The notes beneath the pieces are model-generated. The model saw only the letters and a program-made list of their open reading frames with translations, made no database searches and was not told where the DNA came from. Of a stretch of DNA of 35,073 nucleotides, positions 18,120-26,790 are shown in pieces. The position numbers were made by a program, and so were the translations under genes. Numbering within the stretch: the first letter of the stretch is position 1; each line of letters begins with the position of its first letter. The DNA lies in assembly GCA_029210695.1 (NCBI GenBank), contig JARGFH010000039.1:1-35073 (forward strand). Reading direction: 5' to 3'. This DNA is from Acidimicrobiia bacterium. Its GTDB lineage: Bacteria > Actinomycetota > Acidimicrobiia > Spongiisociales > JAHEDJ01.

Positions 18120-18263
18120 TCACTTCCTGGGCGGATCCCAGACATCCAGACCGTTCAAAATGCCGATGACTATCGTGACCAGAAAGATCACCATCGCCGA
18201 TCGGAATAGGAGCCGCGCAGGCTGACCACCGTTGCCGTCGATCCGGCGAGTTTGTCCGCCCAC
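18120..18263 (-). other. Small ORF or gene remnant with one transmembrane helix
   Basis: 47-aa frame from GTG 18263 containing RLLFRSAMVIFLVTIVIGILNGLDVWDPPRK*; below the ORF-track cutoff. Confidence 0.35.
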
Positions 18264-18434
18264 CCTGTGAGTAGGACGCCGGCCATGTGAGCCCCACGCA
18301 CCGGCGATTCGCGCTGGCCCGCTCTAAGCGGTCGGAAGGGTGGCGCCACCGCCACGTTTCAGATGTGCGAAGCCGGCACAATCGACCTGGTCGAACAGAG
18401 CCACGGTCAACCGGCAGCGGCCGGCTTTTGAGTC

Positions 18435-19139
18435 TCAGATGCCGGCACCGCCGAGGTAGGTTTCCGTTCCGTTGCCGGGCACCGAGAGCATTGCGTCGTT
18501 GACGATCGACTCGAGGTCGCTGACCCGGTCGACCAGGACTTCGATCACTCGCACATCGTGATCTCCCTTGCTCTCGGCCAGGTTGACCCGGTGTTCGTCG
18601 TGGTGCTCGCGGTCGAGCACCCGGCCGGCCACCCCGACCACGGTGGCCCCGGGGGGAACGTCGCGGACCACGATCGCTCCGGCGCCGATCTTCGCTCCGG
18701 CACCGACGGTGACCGCGCCCAGCACTTTGGCTCCCGCGCCGACCACGACGCCGTCGCATAGGGTCGGATGCCGCTTCGTCTTTTCGAGGCTCGTCCCGCC
18801 GAGGGTCACTCCCTGGTAGAGCATCACGTCGTCGCCGATTTCGGTCGTCTCGCCGATGACCACCCCCATCCCGTGATCGATGATGAACCGCCGGCCGATG
18901 GTGGCGCCCGGGTGGATCTCGATCCCGGTGACCGCTCGATTCACGTGGCTCAACAGCCGGGCCCAGAATCGGAAGTTGTGTCTCCACAGCCGGTGGGCGA
19001 TGCGGTGCAGCCAGACGGCGTGCAGGCCCGGATAGCTGAACAGCACCTCCGGCACCGTCCGAGCGGCCGGATCGCGTTCGAACATCGCCCCGACGTCCTC
19101 GCGCAACCGGGTCATGATCCCGGGGCCGGCCGCGGTCAT
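18435..19139 (-). CDS. cysE: Serine O-acetyltransferase
   Basis: [54 protein letters not shown] overlap with cysK. Confidence 0.97.
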   Translation of the reverse strand: MTAAGPGIMTRLREDVGAMFERDPAARTVPEVLFSYPGLHAVWLHRIAHRLWRHNFRFWARLLSHVNRAVTGIEIHPGATIGRRFIIDHGMGVVIGETTEIGDDVMLYQGVTLGGTSLEKTKRHPTLCDGVVVGAGAKVLGAVTVGAGAKIGAGAIVVRDVPPGATVVGVAGRVLDREHHDEHRVNLAESKGDHDVRVIEVLVDRVSDLESIVNDAMLSVPGNGTETYLGGAGI

Positions 19140-20074
19140 CGGCCCACTCCTTCGAACAGGGCCGTTGAGAGGTAGCGCTCGGCCGCATCCGGCAGCACCA
19201 CGACGATCAGTCTCCCTTCGCTCCCGGGACGGGCGGCCACCTCGAGCGCCGCCTTCAAGGCGGCCCCTCCTGAGATGCCGGTGATGATGCCTTCAGTGCG
19301 GGCGAGCCGGCGGGAGGTCTCGAAGGCGTCCTCGTTCGACACCCGCACGACCTCGTCGATGATCTCCGTGTTGAGCACGACGGGCACGAACCCTGCGCCG
19401 ATCCCCTGGATCTTGTGCGGGCCCGGCGCCCCTCCGGATAGCACCGGCGAGTCGTCCGGTTCTACGGCCACCATCCGGACCGACGGCTTGCGTTCCTTCA
19501 GGGTCTCGCCGACCCCGGTGATCGTTCCCCCGGTGCCAACCCCGGCGACGACCACATCGACCTCGCCGTCGGTGTCCGTCCAGATCTCTTCGGCAGTCGT
19601 ACGCCGGTGAATGTCGGGGTTGGCGGGATTGGCGAACTGCTGGAGGATCACCGACCCGGGTATTTCGTCCCGGATCGACTCCGCCCTGGTGATCGCTCCA
19701 TTCATTCCCTGGTCGCCGGGGGTGAGGACCAGTTCCGCTCCGAGGAAAGCCAGCAGGCTGCGGCGTTCAACACTCATCGTGTCGGGCATGGTGAGGACCA
19801 GTCGATAGCCCTTGGCGGCCGAGGCGAAGGCGAGCGCAATCCCCGTATTACCCGAGGTCGGCTCGACCAGGGTCGTTTGGCCCGGAGTGATGCGGCCCTC
19901 GGCCTCCGCCACTTCGATCATGTTGACCCCGATGCGGTCTTTGACACTGGAGAGCGGATTGAACGATTCGAGTTTGACGACGACCCGGCCGCCGCCCGCC
20001 GGCGCCAGCCGTTGGAGTTCGATCAGGGGTGTGCGGCCGACGGTTTCTGTGATGTTTGAGTAGATGGCTGCCAT
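19136..20074 (-). CDS. cysK: Cysteine synthase A
   Basis: PLP lysine [38 protein letters not shown]. Confidence 0.97.
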   Translation of the reverse strand: MAAIYSNITETVGRTPLIELQRLAPAGGGRVVVKLESFNPLSSVKDRIGVNMIEVAEAEGRITPGQTTLVEPTSGNTGIALAFASAAKGYRLVLTMPDTMSVERRSLLAFLGAELVLTPGDQGMNGAITRAESIRDEIPGSVILQQFANPANPDIHRRTTAEEIWTDTDGEVDVVVAGVGTGGTITGVGETLKERKPSVRMVAVEPDDSPVLSGGAPGPHKIQGIGAGFVPVVLNTEIIDEVVRVSNEDAFETSRRLARTEGIITGISGGAALKAALEVAARPGSEGRLIVVVLPDAAERYLSTALFEGVGR

Positions 20075-20094
20075 GAGGTTCCTCCCAAATTGAG

Positions 20095-20119
20095 AACGGC
20101 CCGTCTATTGCGGGCCGTT
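20095..20119 (-). terminator. Attenuator hairpin upstream of cysK
   Basis: 9-bp stem AACGGCCCG/CGGGCCGTT with a 7-nt loop, between the leader stop and the cysK RBS; weak U-tract. Confidence 0.7.
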
Positions 20120-20143
20120 TAGTGGTGAGTCAGATCGGTCGGC

Positions 20144-20212
20144 TCAACATATTTCGCCCGCGGGGAAACCAACCGGGCAACAGCAGCAGCGGAAGGTCTG
20201 GGCGGACGACAT
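20144..20212 (-). CDS. Cys-rich leader peptide MSSAQTFRCCCCPVGFPAGEIC
   Basis: ATG 20212 to TGA 20144; four tandem Cys codons TGC TGC TGT TGC directly upstream of cysK-cysE; extended -10 TGcTAGCGT just upstream, no SD. Confidence 0.85.
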   Translation of the reverse strand: MSSAQTFRCCCCPVGFPAGEIC

Positions 20213-20290
20213 CAGGGAAGTCACGCTAGCACGGCAGTGTGGGCATCGGCCAGGAAGATTTCTCTAGCGGGCGATAGCAGAGGGTACGTC

Positions 20291-20662
20291 TCAGAACCTA
20301 GCCACCGCATACCGGGCAAACACCGGATCGCCGGTGACCACTGCCAGGTCCTCGACTTGGGCTTGGGCTATCAGCATCCGATCGAATGGATCCCGATGGT
20401 GCGGCGGAAGCTGCCCGACGGCTTCGGCGTGGGCGACGGTGATCGGCAACTGCTCGAGCTCACTCGAGATCAAGGCGGACACCAGATCGTCGGGAGCGTC
20501 CAGTTCGCCGAGTGCCTTCTTGATAGAGATTTCCCAGGCAGTGGCGGCGCTCACACAAACGATATTGGCCGGGTCGGCGATTGCGGCGCGGTGTTCGACG
20601 GAGAGCGCCGGATCATCGGACAGCCACCACAACAGGATGTGTGTGTCGAGCAGTAGCTTCAC
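20291..20662 (-). CDS. vapC: PIN-domain toxin
   Basis: LLLDTHILLW, SAATAWEISIK, HRDPFDRMLIAQA. Confidence 0.93.
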   Translation of the reverse strand: MKLLLDTHILLWWLSDDPALSVEHRAAIADPANIVCVSAATAWEISIKKALGELDAPDDLVSALISSELEQLPITVAHAEAVGQLPPHHRDPFDRMLIAQAQVEDLAVVTGDPVFARYAVARF

Positions 20663-20889
20663 TCGCCGTCCTCAAAGGTGGCGATGACTTCATCGGGCGT
20701 GGTGTCGAAGTCGGCCGCGATTCGCACTCGCCCCTTCCACACCCCGGGCACCCTGGCGGTCTGCGTCTCGCGGAACGGGACGAGTTTGGCCATCGGCACT
20801 CCCGACCTGGTGATGATGATCTCTTCACCGGCCGCAGCCCGTTGCACGAGTTTCGAGAAGTGCGTCTTGGCCTCGTGGATGTTGGGCAT
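20659..20889 (-). CDS. vapB: Phd/YefM-type antitoxin of the VapBC pair
   Basis: NIHEAKTHFSKLV..GEEIIITRSGVPMAKLVP; 4-nt overlap with the toxin. Confidence 0.9.
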   Translation of the reverse strand: MPNIHEAKTHFSKLVQRAAAGEEIIITRSGVPMAKLVPFRETQTARVPGVWKGRVRIAADFDTTPDEVIATFEDGE

Positions 20890-20893
20890 GATC

Positions 20894-20909
20894 GGACTAA
20901 GCTTAGTCC
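20894..20909. promoter_or_regulatory. Probable vapBC autoregulatory operator
   Basis: Perfect 16-bp palindrome GGACTAAGCTTAGTCC 4 nt upstream of the antitoxin ATG. Confidence 0.75.
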
Positions 20910-21251
20910 ACTTCATCACACTTCTCACTCCAGCTCTCGCGCCTCGGGTTCGGATTCCTAGCCCCTCGACTGCACTTATGCGGACCGGTCGGTTCGCGTT
21001 CATCGAAGTAGCCCGAAGCGAAGACAGGCGACGCGCAGGGCAGGTCAGTCACGCCTCACAACCTATGTCAGATCGAGGTATCCACCAAAGCTGGTTTTCG
21101 CGACCTTGTCGGCCCGCCAAAACCACCTCACTGCTGGCCGGCCCATTGCCGTACCGTTCCTGGGACGGCCGCCAAGAGCACCTATGCGCTGCAGGGGCCA
21201 TCCCTTGACCAACCTCTCGACTGCTGCATTGCGTTCCGGTATGCTGTTTGC

Positions 21252-21500
21252 ATGACACAGCTGGTTACGAGAGTCGACGAACGACTCGTCTTCCTCATCG
21301 ATGAACTCGTGAAGCAGGGCATCGTCGAGTCTCGCTCCGACGCCGTCCGACGCGGGCTCAAAGCGCTGATCGACGAGACACGGCGCAGTCGAACGGCCCA
21401 AGCGATCATCCGTGGTTACCAAGACCATCCCCAGCAGGAAGATGAAGTCGGGTGGGCCGATCAATCCACCATCTTCATGATTAGCGAGGAGTCGTGGTAA
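21252..21500 (+). CDS. Ribbon-helix-helix antitoxin (MazF partner), leaderless
   Basis: QLVTRVDE..IDELV..SRSDAVRRGL; acidic C-terminus; TATGCT 6 nt before the ATG. Confidence 0.85.
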   Translation: MTQLVTRVDERLVFLIDELVKQGIVESRSDAVRRGLKALIDETRRSRTAQAIIRGYQDHPQQEDEVGWADQSTIFMISEESW

Positions 21501-21805
21501 CGCCCGCCCAGGGTGACATCTGGTGGGCCGAAGCCGAAGACAAGCGCCGGCCGGTGCTGATCGTCACGCGAACCGAGGCGATACCCGTCCTGCGCTGGAT
21601 CGTGGTTGCCCCGGTCACGCGGACCATCCGCGGGATTCCGACCGAGATCACTCTCGACGCCGACAACGGCCTGCCCGTCTCCTGTGTCGCCGCCTTCGAC
21701 AACCTCCAGCCGATCCGTAAGACGTTTCTCACCGAGCAAGTCGGTTCACTCGACCTGCGTCGGGCTGAGATCTGCAGGGCGTTGGCCGCCTTTTCGGACT
21801 GCTGA
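21494..21805 (+). CDS. mazF: PemK/MazF endoribonuclease toxin
   Basis: QGDIWW..KRRPVLIVTR..VVAPVTRTIRGIPTE..FDNLQ; overlaps the antitoxin stop. Confidence 0.9.
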   Translation: MVTPAQGDIWWAEAEDKRRPVLIVTRTEAIPVLRWIVVAPVTRTIRGIPTEITLDADNGLPVSCVAAFDNLQPIRKTFLTEQVGSLDLRRAEICRALAAFSDC

Positions 21806-21858
21806 CCCAGTCGGACCTCATCCAGTTGGGCCGGCAACGTCTCGATCCCCGGGAAACA

Positions 21859-22122
21859 CTATTGGGGCCGATACACGTCCCCCCGATGTTGCACGCGATG
21901 GATGAGGACTATCTGATCGTGCTCGAAGATCTCGTAGATGATGCGGTAGTCGCCGCGGCGGGCTGAATGAAGGCCTTCGAGTTCTCCGACCAGGGGTTTC
22001 TCGAGTCGTTGCTGGTTCTGCGCAAGTGGCCCGAAGATGGATGTCAGGGCCGCATCGCGTACCTTTGTCGGCAGACGGTTGAGATGCCGCAGACCCTCGG
22101 GCGTGATCTCAACCTCGTACAC
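21859..22122 (-). CDS. relE: RelE/ParE-family toxin
   Basis: YEVEIT..KPLVGELEGLHSARRGDYRIIYEI..HRGDVYR. Confidence 0.88.
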   Translation of the reverse strand: MYEVEITPEGLRHLNRLPTKVRDAALTSIFGPLAQNQQRLEKPLVGELEGLHSARRGDYRIIYEIFEHDQIVLIHRVQHRGDVYRPQ

Positions 22123-22132
22123 CGGCAGGCCC

Positions 22133-22387
22133 TCAGACGTGATCGCGCAGGCGGAATCGCTTGCCTTCGCCGGCTTCGGCCCGTGAACGACGCAGAGAAT
22201 CCATCAAGGCGTCATCCTTGAGAATGTCGAGGGACACCTCGAGAGACTCGAGGTCGTCGGGGCTCATCAGAACGAATGAGGGTCGACCGTTGCGAGTCAC
22301 CAGGATGCGGTCGTGTTGAACCTCGACTCGATCGGCGATTTCGGACAAGTGGGCCTTGACCTCCGAGAACGGCAACGTATCGCTCAT
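22133..22387 (-). CDS. Phd/YefM antitoxin, leaderless
   Basis: LPFSEVKAHLSEIADRV..ILVTRNGRPSFVLMS; TATAGT 6 nt before ATG 22387. Confidence 0.9.
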   Translation of the reverse strand: MSDTLPFSEVKAHLSEIADRVEVQHDRILVTRNGRPSFVLMSPDDLESLEVSLDILKDDALMDSLRRSRAEAGEGKRFRLRDHV

Positions 22388-22399
22388 AACCCCACTATA

Positions 22400-22415
22400 G
22401 GTCAGAATCTTGACC
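22400..22415. promoter_or_regulatory. Probable yefM-relE operator
   Basis: Inverted repeat GGTCA-N6-TGACC abutting the -10 element. Confidence 0.6.
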
Positions 22416-22467
22416 AATCAAGACCTCCTTTCAACAGCGCGCCCTGCCGGGAGTCGCAGAGCACCAC

Positions 22468-22971
22468 CTACGCCCGGAATGTTCCCGGTCGGGGTTGCTT
22501 CTCCATTCCGGCGTGACCCTCAGCCCAGGGAAAACGCCCCTCTTCATCGGTATAGCTCAGCTGGAGCACCGGCACCGAGAACTCATCCGGCCGCCGGTAG
22601 AAGGCGTTGGCGCTGAAGACGATATCGCCCGGGTTGGGGACGACCTCAGGGATGACCCGGCGGTCCCATCCTTCGATCTCGACCTCTAGGCCCGGCAGCA
22701 ACGACTCCCCGGAGCGCACCCGTTCGCCGAGTGAGTTGAGAACGGTGACGGCCGACTCGGGCGAGACCCCGAAGAGCAGCAGTTCCGGATGATTCATCCC
22801 GAAGAGACCCACCGTGTAGGCGAAGGGCGGCCCGTCGTCGGGCGGGCATGGGCATCCCGGCCGCGAGCAGGTGTCGCCTCCTACGTATTCGATATACCAG
22901 CCGCACCGGCGGACGACACCGGTGATGTGGGCTTCCCGCTGATCGAGCCAGGCTTCGACGGAGGCTTCCAT
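22468..22971 (-). CDS. DUF4262-like protein
   Basis: GWYIEYV..PPFAYTVGL..HPELLLFG..VLQL..D..GRFPW; RBS GAGGG before ATG 22971. Confidence 0.8.
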   Translation of the reverse strand: MEASVEAWLDQREAHITGVVRRCGWYIEYVGGDTCSRPGCPCPPDDGPPFAYTVGLFGMNHPELLLFGVSPESAVTVLNSLGERVRSGESLLPGLEVEIEGWDRRVIPEVVPNPGDIVFSANAFYRRPDEFSVPVLQLSYTDEEGRFPWAEGHAGMEKQPRPGTFRA

Positions 22972-23160
22972 GTTTCCCTCTCTCGTTCGGATGTTGCGAA
23001 CGTATCTCCCCACAGGGACAGAAACACAGGATGGCGCTCGACGTGGGTCGATTGAGGATTCATCTCCATTGCGGCTCGCCGATTCATGATCGGATTCGTA
23101 GACCCTCGTGGAAACCGCAGTCGCTTGGCCAGACCTCGAAGCGCAGGACCCTTCGCCCGT

Positions 23161-23376
23161 TCAGGAGCCGTAGAGTGCCGGCCTGTATCGGGGCTTCGGG
23201 ATATCTCGACCCGTCTCGGCAGCCGCCTTCAGCCATGCGGCCTTCGCTTCCATAACGCCGGCCAAAGCGGTCTCTGGGGTTGGCCCGAAGGCCGAGCAGG
23301 AGGGGAGATCGGGAATGTCGGCTATGTAGCCGCCGTCTTCCTCGCTGAAGAACACATTGATGTGGTAGTCGCTCAT
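23161..23376 (-). CDS. hicB: HicB antitoxin (short form)
   Basis: EEDGGYIADIPDLPSCSAFGPTPETAL..W..GRDIPKP. Confidence 0.92.
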   Translation of the reverse strand: MSDYHINVFFSEEDGGYIADIPDLPSCSAFGPTPETALAGVMEAKAAWLKAAAETGRDIPKPRYRPALYGS

Positions 23377-23630
23377 AGGTCGCCCTCTATCCGAAGATTG
23401 TATCGCTCTACCAGCTTCACTAGTTGTCGCACCTGATAGGGCTTGGCATCACCATGCACTTCCTGGAGATTGAGCAACTCGGCGAAACCGTCGCGGGCAA
23501 GGATATGGTGGCTCCCGCTCACGCGAACAATCTCGAACCCGAGTTTGCGGCACAATCGTATGAGGTCCGAGAATCTCACGTTGTCAACCCTGCCTTGACC
23601 GATGCGGGCGAGCAGTTGGGCGGGTTTCAT
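23373..23630 (-). CDS. hicA: HicA toxin, leaderless
   Basis: LGF..RVSGSHHI..AKPYQVRQ; TACCTT 6 nt before the ATG; 4-nt overlap with hicB. Confidence 0.9.
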   Translation of the reverse strand: MKPAQLLARIGQGRVDNVRFSDLIRLCRKLGFEIVRVSGSHHILARDGFAELLNLQEVHGDAKPYQVRQLVKLVERYNLRIEGDL

Positions 23631-23674
23631 ACCGACAAGGTACGAACGGTCAGGGACAGTAAACCCACTTCTAG

Positions 23675-23852
23675 TCCGGAGCCGGCCAGCAGCCGGCCGC
23701 CATTGCCTGAGTTTCGGCGTAGGCGCTGGGGCATTCGGGTTTCACTTCGCGAGTGTTGTAGAAGTGGACAATTCCCTCCAACGACTTGAAGTAGCCGTTG
23801 TGGCCGAACGCCTTCACCGTCCCGGCCGACTGGAGGGCGACGTTGCGCAGGG
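23675..23852 (-). pseudogene. Diverged fragment of the di-heme cytochrome c peroxidase gene
   Basis: Ungapped match to 33507-33684 with 15 differences in 178 bp by hand count; encodes LRNVALQSAGTVKAFGHNGYFKSLEGIVHFYNTREVK..CWPAPD*. Confidence 0.92.
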
Positions 23853-23911
23853 CGATTCGGCGAAGACTGGTTCGCTATGGTCGTGGGGAAGCCGTTCGGG
23901 GAGATCGGATC

Positions 23912-24277
23912 GTGCCGGAAGCATCGGGCTATCAAGGCCCGCCTGAGGCGCTCGAGCAATACAAGGCGGTCGTCGAGGCCGGCTCCGGCGACGCGATCGT
24001 GAAGGGCGCCAAGAGTGCCTACACGTCGCGCAATGGGCACATGTTCAGCTTCCTCGACGCCGACGGTTCGATGGCTTTGCGCCTGTCGGACGAGCTCGGG
24101 GAGGAGTTCCGGTCGACCTACGACAGTGGTCCGGTGATTCAGTACGGGAGCGTGATGCGCGGGTACGTATCGGTCCCGCCGGAGCTCCTGGCCGATACCG
24201 CAGAGCTGGCAGTCTGGTTCGACAAGTCGTACGACTGGATCGGCACCCTGGCCCCAAAGCCGACCAAGAAGAAGTAG
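23912..24277 (+). CDS. TfoX N-terminal-domain-like protein
   Basis: YTSRNGHMFSFL..MALRL..YGSVMRGYVSVP..W..SYDW..L.PKPTKKK; RBS GGGGAG before GTG 23912. Confidence 0.7.
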   Translation: MPEASGYQGPPEALEQYKAVVEAGSGDAIVKGAKSAYTSRNGHMFSFLDADGSMALRLSDELGEEFRSTYDSGPVIQYGSVMRGYVSVPPELLADTAELAVWFDKSYDWIGTLAPKPTKKK

Positions 24278-24378
24278 CTACTCCTACCGCCGGCCGGATC
24301 TCATGACCATCGGCCCTGGCCGCACCTTGCCGCCTCCCTGATAATGGATCAGGAGATACATCACGGTCGGGAGGGCGT

Positions 24379-26790
24379 ATGGCACAACGGCTGCTGATGG
24401 CAGCGATCCTGGTGGTGGTGCTGCTTGTGCCGGCGACGGTGGCCGCCCAGGATGCCACGATCGGAGACCCCCAGTGGATCCGCACAGGCGGGCCCATCGG
24501 CGGCCTCGGCTACGACGTGCGGATGCGTCCGGACAATCCCGACACGTTGTTGGTCACCGACGCCTGGGCCGGCATGTTCATGAGTACCGACGGAGGTGCG
24601 GTCTGGTTCCCGGTCAATGAGGGAATCACCACGCGCACCGGACCCACCGGAGACGCCATCCCGGTGTTCTGCGCGACAGTCGATCCGAATGATCCGGACA
24701 TCGTGTGGGCCGGCACCCAGAACCTGCGCGGCATCTTCAAGTCTGTCGACGGCGGGCATTCGTGGGTCGAGTTGGATCGTGGGGTCGTCGAAACCGACGG
24801 CATCACCTTCCGGGGCATCACCGTCGATCCCCACGACTCCGACGTCGTGTGGGCCGCCGCCGAAATCTCCAGCTGGGCAGGAGGGAGACCCGAACGAACC
24901 GGGAGGGGCTTCGATCTGGTCGAGGGAGTCGTTTATCTCACCACGAACGGCGGGGCCGACTGGACGGCGGTCTGGAGGGGCGACAACCTGGCCAGGTATA
25001 TCTGGATCGATCCCACCGATTCGGACACCGTCTACGTCTCCACCGGGATCTTCGACCGCGAAGCCGCCAACTCGGATCCGGAAACCGGGGTCCCCGGCGG
25101 CGAGGGAATCCTCAAGACCACGGATGGCGGTCGCACCTGGACAAATGCCAACCAAGGCCTCGGCAATCTCTACATCGGAAGCCTGTTCATGCATCCCGAC
25201 GATCCGCAGGTTCTCCTCGCAGCGGCGGGTAGCAACGTCTACTACGAAGGGACCGGCGTCTACCTCACCACCGACGGCGCGGCGACCTGGGAGCCCGTTC
25301 TCGTCGATCCCGACAAGGAGGCCGAGGGCTTCCACTCCGTCGAGTTCTCGCTTGCCGAACCCGACATCGCCTACGCCGCTTCGAGCGGTTCGGTGTACCG
25401 CAGCGAAGACGGCGGCCGCACCTGGGCGGCAATGACACCACCGGGTTCGGCCTGGGGAGACCCGCCGGTCCGCGGCGGCTTTCCCATCGATATCCAGGTT
25501 GATCCCCGGGATCCCGACCGGCTCTTCATCAATGCTTACGGCGGCGGCAACTTCCTCAGCCGCGACGGTGGCCGCTCCTGGACCGTGGCCAGTACGGGAT
25601 ATACCGGCGCCCAGATTCGCGGCGTCGTGGTCGACCCCGACAATCCCGGACGGGTCTGGGTCACCGGACGCAGCGGTCTCTTCGTCTCGACCGACGGCGG
25701 CACCACCTGGGTCGGGCAATCCCCGTTCGACCCCTACCCGACCTTCGAGGGCATGGCCCTGGCCATCGCCGCCGATGGCTCGATGCTGGAAGCGGACAAC
25801 GTCGGCCGGGGCATCGCCTACGGCGAAGGGCAGGATTGGAGCTACGCCGAACCGGCCTGGCCGTATCCCCAGGCGGTTGAAGCCTTTGCCTTCGCACCGT
25901 CGAATCCGGAGGTGGCGTACGCCGGACTTGGCGCCTTCTTCACACCCAGCTACTTCGACGACTTCATTCCCGGAGGCGGTGTCCTCCGATCCGACGACGG
26001 AGGCAGGACCTGGCAGCCGGCCAACGACAGCCTCTCGGAAACGGCCCACGTGACCGGAATCGCCGTGGACCCGAACGATCCCGCCCGGGTTTTCGCCTCC
26101 ACCCACAACGCCGGCCTGCTCCTCTCTCTCGACGGTGGAGCCTCATGGCAGACGGTCGGCGCTACCACCGACCTCCCGGTGGTTGCTGTGGCCATCCATC
26201 CAACCGACCCCCGGGTCGTTCTCTTCGGATCGCGGGGCGTTCACCGCAGTACCGATGGCGGTGAGACCTGGACGGCGGCGGCCGGCGGCGTCGCTCCGGA
26301 GTCGATGATCGTCGATTTCGTCTTTGATCCCACCGATCCCGGCGTTGTCTTCGCCGCCGATATCGGGAGCGGTGTCTACCGGTCGACGGATGCCGGGTTG
26401 TCCTGGGAGGCGATCAACCTCGGGCTCCGGACCCGGGCGGTCAACGACCTGGCGATCTCGCACGACGGTCGCCATCTGTATGCAGCTACCGAAGGCGAGG
26501 GCATTTACCGCCTCGACCTCGACGGGACTCCACCGGAAGCCGCGCCGTTGCCGACGATCCCCACGACCACGTCGACCACCAGCGCCCCCGCCACAGTCAC
26601 CACCACCTCCGTAGCCGGGGTCGCTTCTACCGGCACGTCGGTAACCACACCCGAGCCGCAGGCAGCCGACGGCAACCGCGACGAAGGGGTCTCATGGCTC
26701 CTTTGGGCGGGGGCCGGTGCTGCCTTGCTGGTCGTGTTCGGACTGGGGTTGGCGATCGGCCGGGCCCGCCGGGCGAGGAGCCCTGATTGA
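24379..26790 (+). CDS. Membrane-anchored BNR/Asp-box (VPS10/GH74-like) beta-propeller protein
   Basis: Signal peptide; more than 10 (S/T)xDGGxxW repeats each preceded by DPxDP motifs; Thr-rich linker; C-terminal TM helix plus Arg tail. Confidence 0.85.
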   Translation: MAQRLLMAAILVVVLLVPATVAAQDATIGDPQWIRTGGPIGGLGYDVRMRPDNPDTLLVTDAWAGMFMSTDGGAVWFPVNEGITTRTGPTGDAIPVFCATVDPNDPDIVWAGTQNLRGIFKSVDGGHSWVELDRGVVETDGITFRGITVDPHDSDVVWAAAEISSWAGGRPERTGRGFDLVEGVVYLTTNGGADWTAVWRGDNLARYIWIDPTDSDTVYVSTGIFDREAANSDPETGVPGGEGILKTTDGGRTWTNANQGLGNLYIGSLFMHPDDPQVLLAAAGSNVYYEGTGVYLTTDGAATWEPVLVDPDKEAEGFHSVEFSLAEPDIAYAASSGSVYRSEDGGRTWAAMTPPGSAWGDPPVRGGFPIDIQVDPRDPDRLFINAYGGGNFLSRDGGRSWTVASTGYTGAQIRGVVVDPDNPGRVWVTGRSGLFVSTDGGTTWVGQSPFDPYPTFEGMALAIAADGSMLEADNVGRGIAYGEGQDWSYAEPAWPYPQAVEAFAFAPSNPEVAYAGLGAFFTPSYFDDFIPGGGVLRSDDGGRTWQPANDSLSETAHVTGIAVDPNDPARVFASTHNAGLLLSLDGGASWQTVGATTDLPVVAVAIHPTDPRVVLFGSRGVHRSTDGGETWTAAAGGVAPESMIVDFVFDPTDPGVVFAADIGSGVYRSTDAGLSWEAINLGLRTRAVNDLAISHDGRHLYAATEGEGIYRLDLDGTPPEAAPLPTIPTTTSTTSAPATVTTTSVAGVASTGTSVTTPEPQAADGNRDEGVSWLLWAGAGAALLVVFGLGLAIGRARRARSPD

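Noticed and set aside
20945..20968. tRNA 3' fragment or att site (GGGTTCGGATTCC)
   Set aside because: T-loop consensus is imperfect, there is no acceptor stem or CCA, and no integrase is present.
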